Shown in pieces: positions 43,916-44,088 of a stretch of DNA of 44,088 bases. Numbering within the stretch: position 1 is the stretch's first letter; every line of letters begins with the position of its first letter. The DNA is taken from positions 1-44,088 of the forward strand of contig CAYNKW010000004.1 of NCBI GenBank assembly GCA_964397845.1, in the 5' to 3' direction. This DNA is from an uncultured Anaerolineae bacterium (lineage in GTDB: Bacteria > Chloroflexota > Anaerolineae > CAYNKW01). The notes below the pieces were generated by a model. That model was not told where the DNA came from, ran no database searches, and saw nothing but the letters and a program-made list of their open reading frames with translations. The position numbers and the translations under genes are program-made.

Positions 43916-44088
43916 TTAAAACAAACGAATACTCATCCACAAATCTCAATAAATATCAATGCCAACATCCATTCGCAGGTAAAAGAATAGGTAGATTTTA
44001 CGACTCTCTTATCGAATTGATTGCTTTGGTTAAACCTTGAGGTTACCCCCAAAAGTTGTACCACTTTGACCTGTGTTTATTGTGATCC

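Overview
This 44.1 kb window is mostly high-GC (for example 45/60 G+C in the line starting at 12601). It is essentially one very large, almost entirely plus-strand cell-surface glycan / exopolysaccharide locus of the Wzx/Wzy type. It encodes four GT4 and four GT2 glycosyltransferases (one a membrane-embedded QxxRW synthase type), a Wzy/O-antigen-ligase-family polymerase and a polyprenyl-phosphate sugar-phosphate priming transferase. It also encodes UDP-GlcNAc 2-epimerase, an SDR epimerase/dehydratase, a methyltransferase, two GT-C-like membrane proteins, a Wzz-domain/BY-tyrosine-kinase co-polymerase and a low-GC Wzx flippase. Interspersed are several secreted proteins: a PQQ-like beta-propeller, a DUF11 protein, two clan GH-A-like hydrolases and a ConA-like/golvesin-like protein. 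There is also a decayed vapBC module and a decay scar at about 18.9-20.5 kb holding an IS1634-like transposase remnant and a frameshifted lasso-B2-like gene.

The most unusual content, in rough order of interest:
1. A translationally coupled isoprenoid-type operon at 33.7-39.6 kb: a UbiA prenyltransferase, a geranylgeranyl-reductase-like flavoprotein fused to a rifampin-phosphotransferase-like His-swivel dikinase, and a CrtC-like hydratase.
2. A recurrent extreme C-terminal [FY]LP[LC][IV]x(G)K tail on four secreted proteins.
3. In-frame heptanucleotide microsatellites inside three glycan genes.
4. A secreted ~1064-aa protein interrupted by a single in-frame TAG.
5. Two genes with sharp internal GC switches.

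No rRNA, tRNA or CRISPR array was seen. The taxonomic impression (a monoderm, Chloroflexota-like organism: DUF11/CARDB proteins, no Wza/OPX gene) is inference only. All family assignments come from motif recognition by eye, not from searches.
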